Source: Phormidesmis sp. (GTDB taxonomy: Bacteria; Cyanobacteriota; Cyanobacteriia; Leptolyngbyales; Leptolyngbyaceae). From it: a DNA stretch of 64,000 bases. The position numbers and the translations under genes are program-made. Below are positions 8,756 through 18,126 of this stretch, in pieces; the stretch's first letter is position 1; every line of letters begins with the position of its first letter. The stretch is from contig CBDFJR010000002.1 of assembly GCA_965248535.1 (NCBI GenBank), forward strand, positions 1,664,001 through 1,728,000, given 5' to 3'. The notes below the pieces were generated by a model, which made no database searches, had not been told where the DNA came from, and was given only the letters and a program-made list of their open reading frames with translations.

Positions 8756-8934
8756 GAATGTTGCTTTAAACTACTCTTTAGCAATGAACTTTTACGGTCT
8801 AACTTACGGTACGTTGATAAGCTATTTCAGTGTCTGAAACAGATTCCAAGTGCTGTAACCCTTATGGGTACTTCTGGATCATTGGTGACAATGGCAGGTA
8901 CATACAAGGCTGCGCCTACACGAATGCCTCAGCC

Positions 8935-9017
8935 AGCTAACGTTCCGGTTGAGCGGCAGCAGATTGACCACGACGATAGACGCAAAGACTCTCAACTGCC
9001 CGCTCCAATCGGGTTGT
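8935..9017 (-). other. attC site interrupted by the group II intron (remaining 5 bp at 11016-11020)
   Basis: Removing the intron restores GCATAAC-aacccg-ATTGGAGCGGGCAG...CTGCCGCTCAACC-ggaac-GTTAGCT (88 bp). Confidence 0.8.
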
Positions 9018-11015
9018 GTACGCCCAGCATGGGCGTGAACTAATGGGGTGAAAGTCCCCTGGAGGAGAACCAGCGCCCAAATGATCCCAAAAGATCCGAG
9101 TGGTGATCACTCCTAGCTCAAGGCAAGGGCGTTTCCGTGAGGGAAGGTCTGAAGGAAGCCAGCGGCAAACCGACGAGCCGACGAACAGAAATGTCATAGA
9201 AGGCTGAGACCCCTGGGTGAGGAGCGCACAACACAACGAAACCTCTGGTTCAAGGGGCACAGTAAATGACACGGTTGCGGCGGGACAGTTCACGGTCTTA
9301 TCTGGGGAGGTCTGTGCGGTTGCGGTCTTAAAGATCATGGGAGTCTGACTGAGGTCTCGCGGGAAACGGCGAGGGAGCCACAGAACCCTAACGTCAAAAG
9401 ACAGCGCCCTGAAGAGTAATCTCAAGGGTTCACCGTACAGAAGTCAGCAGAGTCCATAGTAGTTTCCTTGTGAAACGAAGGGACGAACATGAACGAACTA
9501 AGGAGGAGCGATGAACAACTCAGACCCATCGATGAACCCGGATGGGGGAGATGGGGTTTGGCGTTCGGACAGAGAGCCAGCCTTAGACAACCTGATGGCG
9601 CGAATCTTAGAGCGCGACAATGTTCAAGCAGCCTGGAAACGGGTGCAGTCAAACAAGGGTGCGCCCGGTAGCGACGGGATGACCTTAGAAGACTTTCCTG
9701 CCTACGCCCGCGAACATTGGCAAGAGATTCGCCAGTCCTTACTCGATGGCAGCTACCAACCACGTCCTGTACGCCGGGTAGTGATTCCCAAGCCGAGAGG
9801 CAAGGGAGAGCGGAAATTGGGGGTTCCTTGTGTCATAGACCGAGTGATCCAGCGACAAGCCATCTTACAAGTGCTCACGCCAAGGGAAGCGGAAATTGGG
9901 GGTTCCTTGTGTCATAGACCGAGTGATCCAAGCCATCTTTGCTCACGCCAATCTTTGACCCAAGCTTTTCTGAGTCAAGCTATGGCAGCCGACCCCAGCG
10001 TTCGGCTCATGGAGCAATCCAACAGGTGAAAACGATTGTAAAAGCTGGATATCGTGTTGTGGTCGATTTGGATCTGGAGAAATTCTTTGATACCGTCAAC
10101 CATGATGTTTTGATGTCTCGTGTTTCCCGGAAAGTCACTGATAAAGTGCTTTTGGGGTTAATCGGTCGTTACCTGCGAGCCGGAGTGTTGGTCGGGAACA
10201 CCGTTGAACCGACCGACTGGGGAACCCCGCAAGGGTCTCCCCTTTCACCCCTGTTGTCGAATATCCTTTTAGATGATTTAGACAAAGAGCTAGAAGCGCG
10301 AGGACATCGGTTTGTTCGTTACGTGGACGACCTGGTTATTCTGGTCAAAAGCAGACGAGCAGGGCGACGGGTGATGGCGAAAATCAGCCGTTATTTGACC
10401 CAAACCCTCAGGCTCAGAGTCAATCGGGAAAAGAGTCGAGTGGTCAAGATTGAGGATTTGAATTACTTGGGATTTACGTTCCGAGGGATTCGCATTTTCG
10501 TCTGCCAGCAAGCTCTGCAAGACTTCCAGCATCGATTGCGCGGGTTAACCTCGCGCAGTTGGGGAGTCTCAATGTCAGAGCGTTTCGTGCGCTTGAACCG
10601 ATACTTACGGGGGTGGATGAACTACTTCGGCATTTCTCAGCACTACACCCCAATCGCAGAGCTAGATGGTTGGCTCAGGCGACGCATTCGCATGTGTTAC
10701 TGGAAACAGTGGCGCAGACCGAGAACGCGCATTGCTAACTTGCTCAAGTTGGGAACCAGTAAGCGTCATGCGATTTTGACCGGCATTAGTCGCAAAGGCT
10801 TTTGGCGTTTGTCAAAGACTCTCGCAACGCAAACGGGAATGACGAATGAGTGGTTAGAACAACAGGGATTGTTATCGATTCGCCAACTCTGGATGAAAGT
10901 ACAGGGTTACGCTTAAGTGATCAGCGTTGTTTGCGCGTCTTCATGAACCGCCCATTGCGGACCCGCATGATGGGTGGTGTGGGAGGGGAGAGTTAAATGC
11001 TCTCCTCGACCCGAT
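9018..11015 (+). mobile_element. Group IIC (attC-targeting) intron
   Basis: 5' GTACGCCCAGCATGGGCG; domain V ACCGCCCATTGCGGACCCGCATGATGGGTGGT (10947-10978, CGC triad); domain VI ending CCCGAT; inserted at TTGT/TA in the attC bottom strand, opposite to cassette genes. Confidence 0.9.
9511..10916 (+). pseudogene. ltrA: Group II intron reverse transcriptase/maturase, split by an internal ~79-bp duplication
   Basis: NKGAPGSDG, RKLGVP, DLEKFFD, GTPQGSPLSPLL, YVDD, domain X GWMNYF; no endonuclease domain; two ORFs 9511-10029 and 9939-10916. Confidence 0.9.
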
Positions 11016-11291
11016 TATGCGTTGCTCGACACAACCGATCGCGCCCCAACTTCGCCAGACCGCACATCTCAAAAGACGAAGAACTCGGCATTCGCGGACG
11101 GATTTAAATCCTATGCGACCCGTCACCTCCCACTCTCAACGAAGTATCTTTGCTAAAGTCAACACCGATAAGTCGGCGCGATCGTTATAAACCACCTTAA
11201 CTTTCGCACTCACCAACCCGTTCTCAATATCGTTGATACTTAGATTAACGACAACTCTAAAAAACCGTGTTGACAGCTTGTCGGGCTGGCG

Positions 11292-11450
11292 GTCTAACTA
11301 CTATTTCTGCCGTTTGAACTCCTATCAAACAGGATAAATGCCTCTCTCAGAGAAATTATGCTGTATGCAAACCGGATAACTCCCATTTTTTTAGGAATTA
11401 TCCTGAATTCCCACAGGATAACTCTCCGATTTCGGGTAATTATACGGAAT
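11292..11450 (-). other. attI-like site 2: core GTTAGAC plus 42-bp periodic palindromic boxes
   Basis: GTTRRRY core at 11298-11292; TTATNCNG at 11356/11398/11440 and GGATAA at 11332/11374/11416. Confidence 0.5.
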
Positions 11451-11656
11451 GGCGCTCAGACTTCTCGATTCTAGGGGAGCCGTGAGTAAATTGTCTCGTT
11501 CCGATGAATCAGTCATGGCGCTGAGTCGATCGCATCCCTGCCGTTGCTCGACTGGAACATAAATCAGGGAGAAGTTACGATCGCCCCCCTCTCTTCCCAA
11601 AACCCGATCGCTTCCTTCTCTTCAAAATTCAGCATTCCAAAAAACAAAAAACTCTT

Positions 11657-12916
11657 GGGCACCTCGAAAAATTTGCCAAGAGGAGTCTTAACGTGAGACA
11701 AGTGTGAGATCATAGTTATAGAGCAGTGATGGGGCAATTGCAATGACACAGCCTGGATTTTGGGATTGGGAAACGCGCCAAGATAAGCTGAACCAGAAGC
11801 AAGACTTACTGGTGCGACTCAATGAGATTGTCCCCTGGGAAACTTTTCGCCCCTTGCTCGAACCCATTCATGACAAACCGCGCAAGAGTAATGCTGGACG
11901 CAAGCCGATGGATGTGATTGTGATGTTTAAGCTGCTGGTGTTGCAACAGTTGTACAACATTAGTGATGAAGCCTTGGAGTATCAAGTGAGTGACCGCTTA
12001 TCCTTCATGCAGTTTCTCGATTTTGGGTTAGCAGATGAGGTTCCAGATGTAACAACGGTATGGTTGTTCCGTAAGCAGTTAACAGAGCAAGCATTAATTG
12101 AACCATTGTTTGAGCAATTCGATGAGTATTTGATTCAGCAAGGCTACGCAGCTCAAGGAGGACAAATTGTCGATGCTACATTGATTCCCGTTCCCAAGCA
12201 GCACAACAGCAAGGATGAGAATCAACAGATTAAGCAAGGAGAGATTCCCCCATCGTGGCAAGACAACCCGCATCAACGTTCTCAGAAAGATAGCGATGCT
12301 CGATGGACGAAAAAGGGGGGTAAGAGCTACTTCGGCTACAAAGATCACATCAGCATTGATGCCCAACATGGGTTGATTCGTCAGTATGCTGTGACCGATG
12401 CCTCGGTTCATGATTCTCAAGTTTTGGGTCAACTCCTCGATGACGACAATGAGAGCGACAAGATTTGGGCAGATAGTGCTTACCGCGCTGAAGCAATTGA
12501 GGAAACGTTGAAGTTGATGCAGTTCGATAGTCAGATTCATGAGCGGGGATATCGCAACCGCCCGTTAACGGAAGAACAGAAGCAGTCTAATCGCACTAAG
12601 TCCACCACGCGCGTTAAAGTCGAGCATGTGTTTGGGTGTTGGGTGATGCAGATGGGTGGCAAACTGCTGCGTTCGATTGGCATTCAGCGGGCAACGGCAC
12701 AATTGGGATTGAAGAACTTGACCTACAACTTGTTGCGGTACACCTTCTTGGAAACGAAAGCAGTCGGTTAAGAAGTGGGAGCAGGAGTGATCTTGAATGG
12801 AGCCTGGATGAATCAATATTGCTCAGGTGAATGAGGGAGAAGCGATAGGCTTACATAGCTCTCTTCAGTCTCATTTGAGATCCTGATTCGCTAAAAATCA
12901 ATTAATCGAGGTGCCC
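11657..12916 (+). mobile_element. Complete IS5-family insertion sequence (1260 bp)
   Basis: Terminal IRs GGGCACCTCGAAAAATT / GGGCACCTCGATTAATT (15/17); 4-bp target duplication TCTT confirmed by the empty site in copies 1 and 3. Confidence 0.95.
11743..12771 (+). CDS. IS5-family transposase
   Basis: GRKP, DRLSF..F, PD.TT.W.FR, IVDATLI, ADSAY, R.KVEHVFG. Confidence 0.95.
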   Translation: MTQPGFWDWETRQDKLNQKQDLLVRLNEIVPWETFRPLLEPIHDKPRKSNAGRKPMDVIVMFKLLVLQQLYNISDEALEYQVSDRLSFMQFLDFGLADEVPDVTTVWLFRKQLTEQALIEPLFEQFDEYLIQQGYAAQGGQIVDATLIPVPKQHNSKDENQQIKQGEIPPSWQDNPHQRSQKDSDARWTKKGGKSYFGYKDHISIDAQHGLIRQYAVTDASVHDSQVLGQLLDDDNESDKIWADSAYRAEAIEETLKLMQFDSQIHERGYRNRPLTEEQKQSNRTKSTTRVKVEHVFGCWVMQMGGKLLRSIGIQRATAQLGLKNLTYNLLRYTFLETKAVG

Positions 12917-13026
12917 TCTTGTACAATACACCGCAGTGATGGAGTTGTGCCCCGAAGTCTGATGTACCAGATCAGAACTCCGAGGACTTCCATCCCTAGT
13001 TAGCGTTCATAACTCAGGAGGCGTTC

Positions 13027-13146
13027 ATGATTGTACACCGTCGGCTTTGCTATGGGATCTTGAAAGGCTGGAATCAAGATCCTGCATACAGGTTTTACCC
13101 CAACCCAATGTCTGAGAGATCCGTGTTTTTGTCCTCTTTGAATTAA
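13027..13146 (+). CDS. 39-aa leader ORF, copy 2 (MIVHRRLCYGILKGWNQDPAYRFYPNPMSERSVFLSSLN)
   Basis: AGGAGG RBS; same frame and length as the other copies. Confidence 0.5.
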   Translation: MIVHRRLCYGILKGWNQDPAYRFYPNPMSERSVFLSSLN

Positions 13147-13163
13147 TCGAGAGGACAAAAACT

Positions 13164-13535
13164 ATGGCAGTTAGGACGATCGTTCCTAGCTCGATTTCGT
13201 TCACCATTGAGTTGCGTTGCTCAATCGAAAAGCGTTATCGGGTGAGTGTGGTTTTAGATTTACAAGAGCGTTATCTCTTCATGCCCTCTGGCATTGTCTC
13301 GGATGTTAGCGACAGCATTGAAGAGTTTGTGTCTCAACTGAGTGAAATCTCGTCTAATCAACTAGCATTTCTAAAATGGGATGGCACGAGTGATTTGACA
13401 ACCGAGTATCAGATTGTTCGAGTGTTGCCCGGTTATCAAGTAGAACGATCGCTTGTGAAGTTCAACATTGTTCTGGGGAGTGGTTCATTAATTCAAGTAG
13501 AGGAGGTGCCCAACAAAACCACCATCCAACTCTAG
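13164..13535 (+). CDS. Conserved hypothetical 123-aa protein, copy 2
   Basis: Paralog of 6612-6983 and 62597-62968. Confidence 0.85.
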   Translation: MAVRTIVPSSISFTIELRCSIEKRYRVSVVLDLQERYLFMPSGIVSDVSDSIEEFVSQLSEISSNQLAFLKWDGTSDLTTEYQIVRVLPGYQVERSLVKFNIVLGSGSLIQVEEVPNKTTIQL

Positions 13536-13649
13536 AACAGTTGGGGTTAGGGAGTCGATTGTTCTTTAATGGATCGTGAAACAACCTGTTTGATCAACGC
13601 ACTTGCACCCAAAGCGGGTTCATCACTGGTTCCTTTATGGTCGCCCGGC

Positions 13650-13952
13650 TCCCTAACGGAAGACACGATCGTCAACCATACACACAACAAACTACGGCAT
13701 CGGGCACCTGGAATGCAGGTTTCACCCTTCAGTAAAAGATTTGCGGCTGCCGAAACTGCGGCGACCCAAGAGCGAGAGCGGCAAATTTTGCTGCCCTACC
13801 CAAGAGGATTGGGGAATCTGGTCAATTGGCCGTGCTGCCTCTATGGGACAGGACTGTCGCTGCGGGACTTGCAAGAAGCGTTATATTTTCTGATTAGGTC
13901 ATGTTTTGTCGCGCAGTGCCCTGAATCAAGTCACTCTTGCCGTTCAAAATGA
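13650..13952 (+). pseudogene. Degenerate transposase fragment, probably IS256 family
   Basis: LYGTGLSLRDLQEAL resembles the IS256 YxxGxSxR helix; surrounding sequence appears frameshifted. Confidence 0.45.
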
Positions 13953-14218
13953 AATTGGAACGTTCCCTCAAGAAACCAGTTGCTTGACGGTGTTTTTTCT
14001 AGTGATGGAGCGAGATCATGCTAAATACGACCGCAAATCCACGGCGAAAAATTCATGACACTCACGAAATTCCATCATGAGAATTGCCGATCGCTCGCCC
14101 TTCAGAAAAATCTTGTGTCCATGATCTGAGACAATATTTGGATTAAACCCGGCAGTTTGTGGACTCGATTTCAAGAACGATCGTCTACCTAACCATACCC
14201 ATTTTGGAGGACAACCCA

Positions 14219-14530
14219 ATGACTATTAGTGTAATTGCAGCGATCGCTTACGGCATTCTCTCGATCGTAGGCGGCTTAATTGGCTATGCCCAGGCCAAAA
14301 GCAAAATCTCATTGATTGCAGGGGTAGCTAGCGGCATTTTATTAATGGTGGGTGGCGTGTTGGTTGCTCAAGGTCAAACAGCCGGGTTGATTTTATCGGC
14401 GGTTGTGACGATCGTGCTCATCGTCGCCTTTGGCGTGCGGTTGGCAAAAACGCGCAAATTCATGCCAGCCGGGTTGATGCTCGTGTTGGGAATCCCAGTG
14501 TTGGCTTGTGTGGCGGGTCAACTCCGCTAG
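14219..14530 (+). CDS. TMEM14-family small membrane protein
   Basis: GGLIGY..AKS..SLIAG, TRKFMPAG; GGAGG RBS before ATG 14219. Confidence 0.85.
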   Translation: MTISVIAAIAYGILSIVGGLIGYAQAKSKISLIAGVASGILLMVGGVLVAQGQTAGLILSAVVTIVLIVAFGVRLAKTRKFMPAGLMLVLGIPVLACVAGQLR

Positions 14531-14703
14531 CGATCGCTTATCTTTTGAGGCCGCGTGACTCCAAACAGATCTCGGCGTTTTATCATGGGAGAGACGGGTT
14601 GAGGCGGCTGAGAGATTAGCTCTCCCTGATTAGGTGTGCTGAATTGTGCACAACCCTCAACCCACGCAAATTCTCAACCATCACTCTCAGGAGTCAAGCT
14701 TAG

Positions 14704-15312
14704 ATGAATGTTATGGAGTTTTTTCAACTGAGTGCTGGCAAGTGGTTGTCGCAGCGCACCACACACCATCTGGCCTTCAAACGATCGGAGGGCGGCGAGT
14801 CAGAAATCGCGGTCGAAGCGCTGTCCGTAGACGATCCTAAAATTCTCGAAATTTGCAAACTGCACGACGTTGATCCCGGTTTGGCGATCGGGGGCGCACA
14901 AGTGCAGTGGATGGGCACTATGGCGTGGGATCGCTCCAGTGAAGAAAACCACGAAGGCTCCACCGTTTTTGTGCTGGTGCCCGACACAGACAACCCCCGC
15001 AACGGCAGACTGCTGCGAGAAGTGGGCTATGCCGAAATCGTGCCCGTGATCGGTCGCTATGAAATGGACGATGCAGACGGACTGGTGCTGACTACCGACT
15101 ACGACACGATGAGTTCTAAAGAACACTTCTGGTTTGCCAGCCCCGACGTGAGAATTCGCAGCGGCACGGTCAAACGCTTTGGCGGCTTTAGCACGGCCTC
15201 ATTTTGCACAGAGACGCGCATTCGAGAAGAGGCCCAAAGCGATCCATCAGACCCCCAACCCGTCAAAGAGGTCGCTGATTCGCGAGCCTTCTCCGCTAAC
15301 TTTGGCTGGTAG
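14704..15312 (+). CDS. cpcS: Phycobiliprotein lyase, CpcS/CpeS type
   Basis: FFQLSAGKWLSQRTTHHL, GYAE, WFASP, ASFCTE.R. Confidence 0.9.
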   Translation: MNVMEFFQLSAGKWLSQRTTHHLAFKRSEGGESEIAVEALSVDDPKILEICKLHDVDPGLAIGGAQVQWMGTMAWDRSSEENHEGSTVFVLVPDTDNPRNGRLLREVGYAEIVPVIGRYEMDDADGLVLTTDYDTMSSKEHFWFASPDVRIRSGTVKRFGGFSTASFCTETRIREEAQSDPSDPQPVKEVADSRAFSANFGW

Positions 15313-15391
15313 TCTGCCTGATTTTGATGCTGCGGTTCCCCCGTCGGGCAACTGACCCCTCACCATGGTTAGGCAACAAGCAGGAGGTTTT

Positions 15392-15868
15392 ATGATTGCA
15401 TTGAAGCTTTTGGCGGCGCTGGGCTGCGGGCTAATGGCCGGAGTCTTCTTTGCGTTCTCCACGTTCGTGATGAACGCTCTGGCCCGACTGCCGCCCGCCC
15501 AGGGTATTGCCGCTATGCAGTCTATCAACATCACAGCGATCAATCCCTTGTTCATGGTGGCTCTATTTGGAACGGCTGCGGCTTGCCTCTTTCTGGCAGT
15601 CTCCGTGCTATTAAAGTGGCATCAACCCGGTGCCGCTTACCTGCTTCTGGGCAGTTTGCTTTATCTTGTGGGTACGGTTTTGGTGACGATCGTGTTCAAT
15701 GTGCCGCTCAACGATGGGCTGGCGAAAGTCAAGCCCGACAGTCCTGACAGCGCAACTGTCTGGGTTAGCTATCTCACTAGCTGGACGTTTTGGAACCACA
15801 TTCGGACGGCGGCATCGCTTGCAGCGGCGGCATTGTTCACGGTTTGCGAAGCAAGTTTCCTTCGGTAA
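15392..15868 (+). CDS. DUF1772 / anthrone-oxygenase-family membrane protein
   Basis: GLMAGVFFAFSTFVM, AMQSIN, NVPLN, WNHIRT. Confidence 0.85.
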   Translation: MIALKLLAALGCGLMAGVFFAFSTFVMNALARLPPAQGIAAMQSINITAINPLFMVALFGTAAACLFLAVSVLLKWHQPGAAYLLLGSLLYLVGTVLVTIVFNVPLNDGLAKVKPDSPDSATVWVSYLTSWTFWNHIRTAASLAAAALFTVCEASFLR

Positions 15869-15904
15869 GTGCGCTGGCTCCTGTTGTCTGATAGCTTGAG
15901 CATT

Positions 15905-17370
15905 TTAAGATCGGGGTAGGGCGATCGTAAACGTGCTGCCTTCGCCCAGCTTTGACCTGACATAAACACTTCCATTCATGCCTTCTACCAGCGTTTTGAC
16001 AATGGCTAACCCTAGCCCATAGCCTCCCCCCGACTGCTCCACGGCTCCTCGCAGGGGCAGCGAGCGCGAGACTCATCGACGCGATAAAATCGCTCAAAGA
16101 CGCGAGTTTGATCGTGCAGGGGAATGCCCACCCCCCGATCGTGCACCTGAATTAAAACTTGATGATTAGTTTGCGCTAGCGTCAGGTCAATCGGCTGATC
16201 GGGGTCAGAATATTTAACCGCGTTATCGATCAGGTTGATTAAGATTTGTTTTAAGCGGCTGCGATCGGCAATAGCTGTCAGCGATCGCTCCGCGCTCAGA
16301 ATGATGGGGCGACCGCTAAATTTTTCTGACATTTCTGCAACTTCGACCAGCAGATCGTTGAGCGTCACCGATTCTAAATTAAATTGCACATAGCCACTAT
16401 CTGCCCGTGCCAGATCGAGCAAATCTTGCAGCAGATGAATCGTGCGATCGGCTTCAGATGAGGCCGTTTCTAGCGCTTCTCGCTGATAGTCATTCAGATT
16501 ATTACTCCGGCGCAGCAAGCTTTGTAGATAGCCTGACACCACTGTGAGCGGTGTGCGTAACTCGTGAGAGACATTGCTGACAAATTGCCGCTGTTGCTCC
16601 CATGCGTCTGAGAGCCGAGACAGCATCATATTAAACGTGTTTGCAAGCTCTTTGACCTCGCTCGGCGCATGGCGTAATTGCAGTTTGGCCTCGCCTAAAT
16701 CTTCGGCTGAGATAATGCCTGCCATTTGACTCATCTCTTGCAATGGCTGAAGCGATCGCCGAATTTGCAGCGCGATCGCGATCATCATCACAAGAGTGGC
16801 AATCATACACACCAGCGCCAGGCTTTGAATGGCGGTGATCAACTCGTGTTGATCGGCCGTAATATCTTGCGCCATATAGACTTTGCCCAACAGTGCTCCC
16901 TTCACCGTCACCGACCCTTCATAGAGCACTAGATAGCGATCGCGCGCTCGATAGACCTGGGGCTTGAGGGGCATTTCTGCTAGAGACATCAACTCAGCTT
17001 TGGCAGTGAAGACAGAATTGAGATCGGCTGATTGCGCCAAGAGCTTGCCATCAGGATCTTTGACCCAAATCAGCAGCCCCGGAACCGAGACATTGTTAAT
17101 CGTCTTTTGCAAGCCTGCTTCGACGGGCAACATCTCGCTATAAAGCTGCACATCGCGAGGAAACCGACTCGCAATATACTCTACGTTTTGCGTGTGCGTG
17201 GCAATCAAGATTTGCTGCATTTTCCAACTCGTCCAAATCGCCACGCTGCTCAAGCCCAAAATAGACAGAGCCGTGATCTCGATCGTCAAGCGAAACTGAA
17301 GGGAAGACGGATCGAGGTGTCTATGCCGAAGGTGGCTTATTTTGTCTTGAAGTCGGCGAATCAGTTGCAT
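15905..17370 (-). pseudogene. HAMP-domain sensor histidine kinase, frameshifted near the G2 box (real lesion or assembly error)
   Basis: SHELRTPL, NLIDNAVKY, D.G.GI; stop at 16012, while [19 protein letters not shown]...[11 protein letters not shown] continues in another frame to 15905. Confidence 0.8.
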
Positions 17371-17407
17371 GGAAGAGTAGACATCCCAGGTGAGCCATAC
17401 ACGATCA

Positions 17408-18115
17408 CTATAGTCCTCCAAACCACTCATAGCCTTGGTCTTCCCAATAGCCTTTCATTGGGGTTAAGTCGCTCAACAGGGTAATTTGAGTCACCCACTT
17501 GCTCTGTTTATAGCCCAGTTTGACCGGAGAGGCGAGACGCAGCGGCGCACCGTTCTCGATCGCCAAAGGTGCCCCGTTTTTTTGATAGGCCATCAGGGTT
17601 TGAGGATGCACCGCCGAGGCTAAATCCCAGCTTTCATAATAGCCATCGGCTGACTTAAAATAGACGTAGCGCACCGTTGATTTAGGCTGCGCTAACTGAA
17701 TTAAATCTTGCAATCGCACGCCGCCCCACTGCACGATCGCGGCCCACCCTTCGACACACACATGACGAATCACCATGGACGTGAGGGGCATGGCTTGCAG
17801 GTCAGCCAAACTTAGCTGCATCGGGTGAGCGACTTCGCCCTGAATCTGCAAACGAAACTGAAGCGGATCAATCTGCGGAGTCATATCAAAAGTGTTGATC
17901 AGCAGTTTGTCTGGCTCGATCGCGCTGACCGGAAATTCTGGCATGGGCTTTTGACTCAGCAGCAGAGATTGCAGACCCTGGTTAAGCGGCTCAAAGGTCT
18001 GCCCTACCTGCTCAGAAAACAAGCTGGTTGCACAGCCACCCAGCAGCAAACTCGCTCCAGACAGCCCTGACCACTGCAAAAGTTGCCGACGAGATATCAC
18101 AGATTTAAGAGTCAT
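17408..18115 (-). CDS. MsrP/YedY-like molybdopterin oxidoreductase with Tat/lipoprotein signal
   Basis: SRRQLL, LGGC, HVCVEGW, NGAPLRL, GYKQSKWV, GYWEDQGY. Confidence 0.88.
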   Translation of the reverse strand: MTLKSVISRRQLLQWSGLSGASLLLGGCATSLFSEQVGQTFEPLNQGLQSLLLSQKPMPEFPVSAIEPDKLLINTFDMTPQIDPLQFRLQIQGEVAHPMQLSLADLQAMPLTSMVIRHVCVEGWAAIVQWGGVRLQDLIQLAQPKSTVRYVYFKSADGYYESWDLASAVHPQTLMAYQKNGAPLAIENGAPLRLASPVKLGYKQSKWVTQITLLSDLTPMKGYWEDQGYEWFGGL

Positions 18116-18126
18116 CAGAATCTTCT

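Larger units (their letters stand above)
11577..13560 (+). repeat. Dispersed unit copy 2, interrupted by IS5 in its promoter
   Basis: 11577-11656 matches 6292-6370; 12917 onward resumes the match from 6367. Confidence 0.93.

Noticed and set aside
8937..9763. Minus-strand ORFs 8937-9425 and 9422-9763
   Set aside because: Antisense shadows of intron RNA domains and attC with no recognisable motifs
9801..9951. DGR template/variable repeat pair or retron near the RT
   Set aside because: Copies differ by indels, not adenine-specific substitutions, and the RT lies within a clear group II intron
11320..11450. Mini CRISPR array
   Set aside because: Repeats are short degenerate half-sites with a 42-bp period, too short for repeat plus spacer; no cas genes
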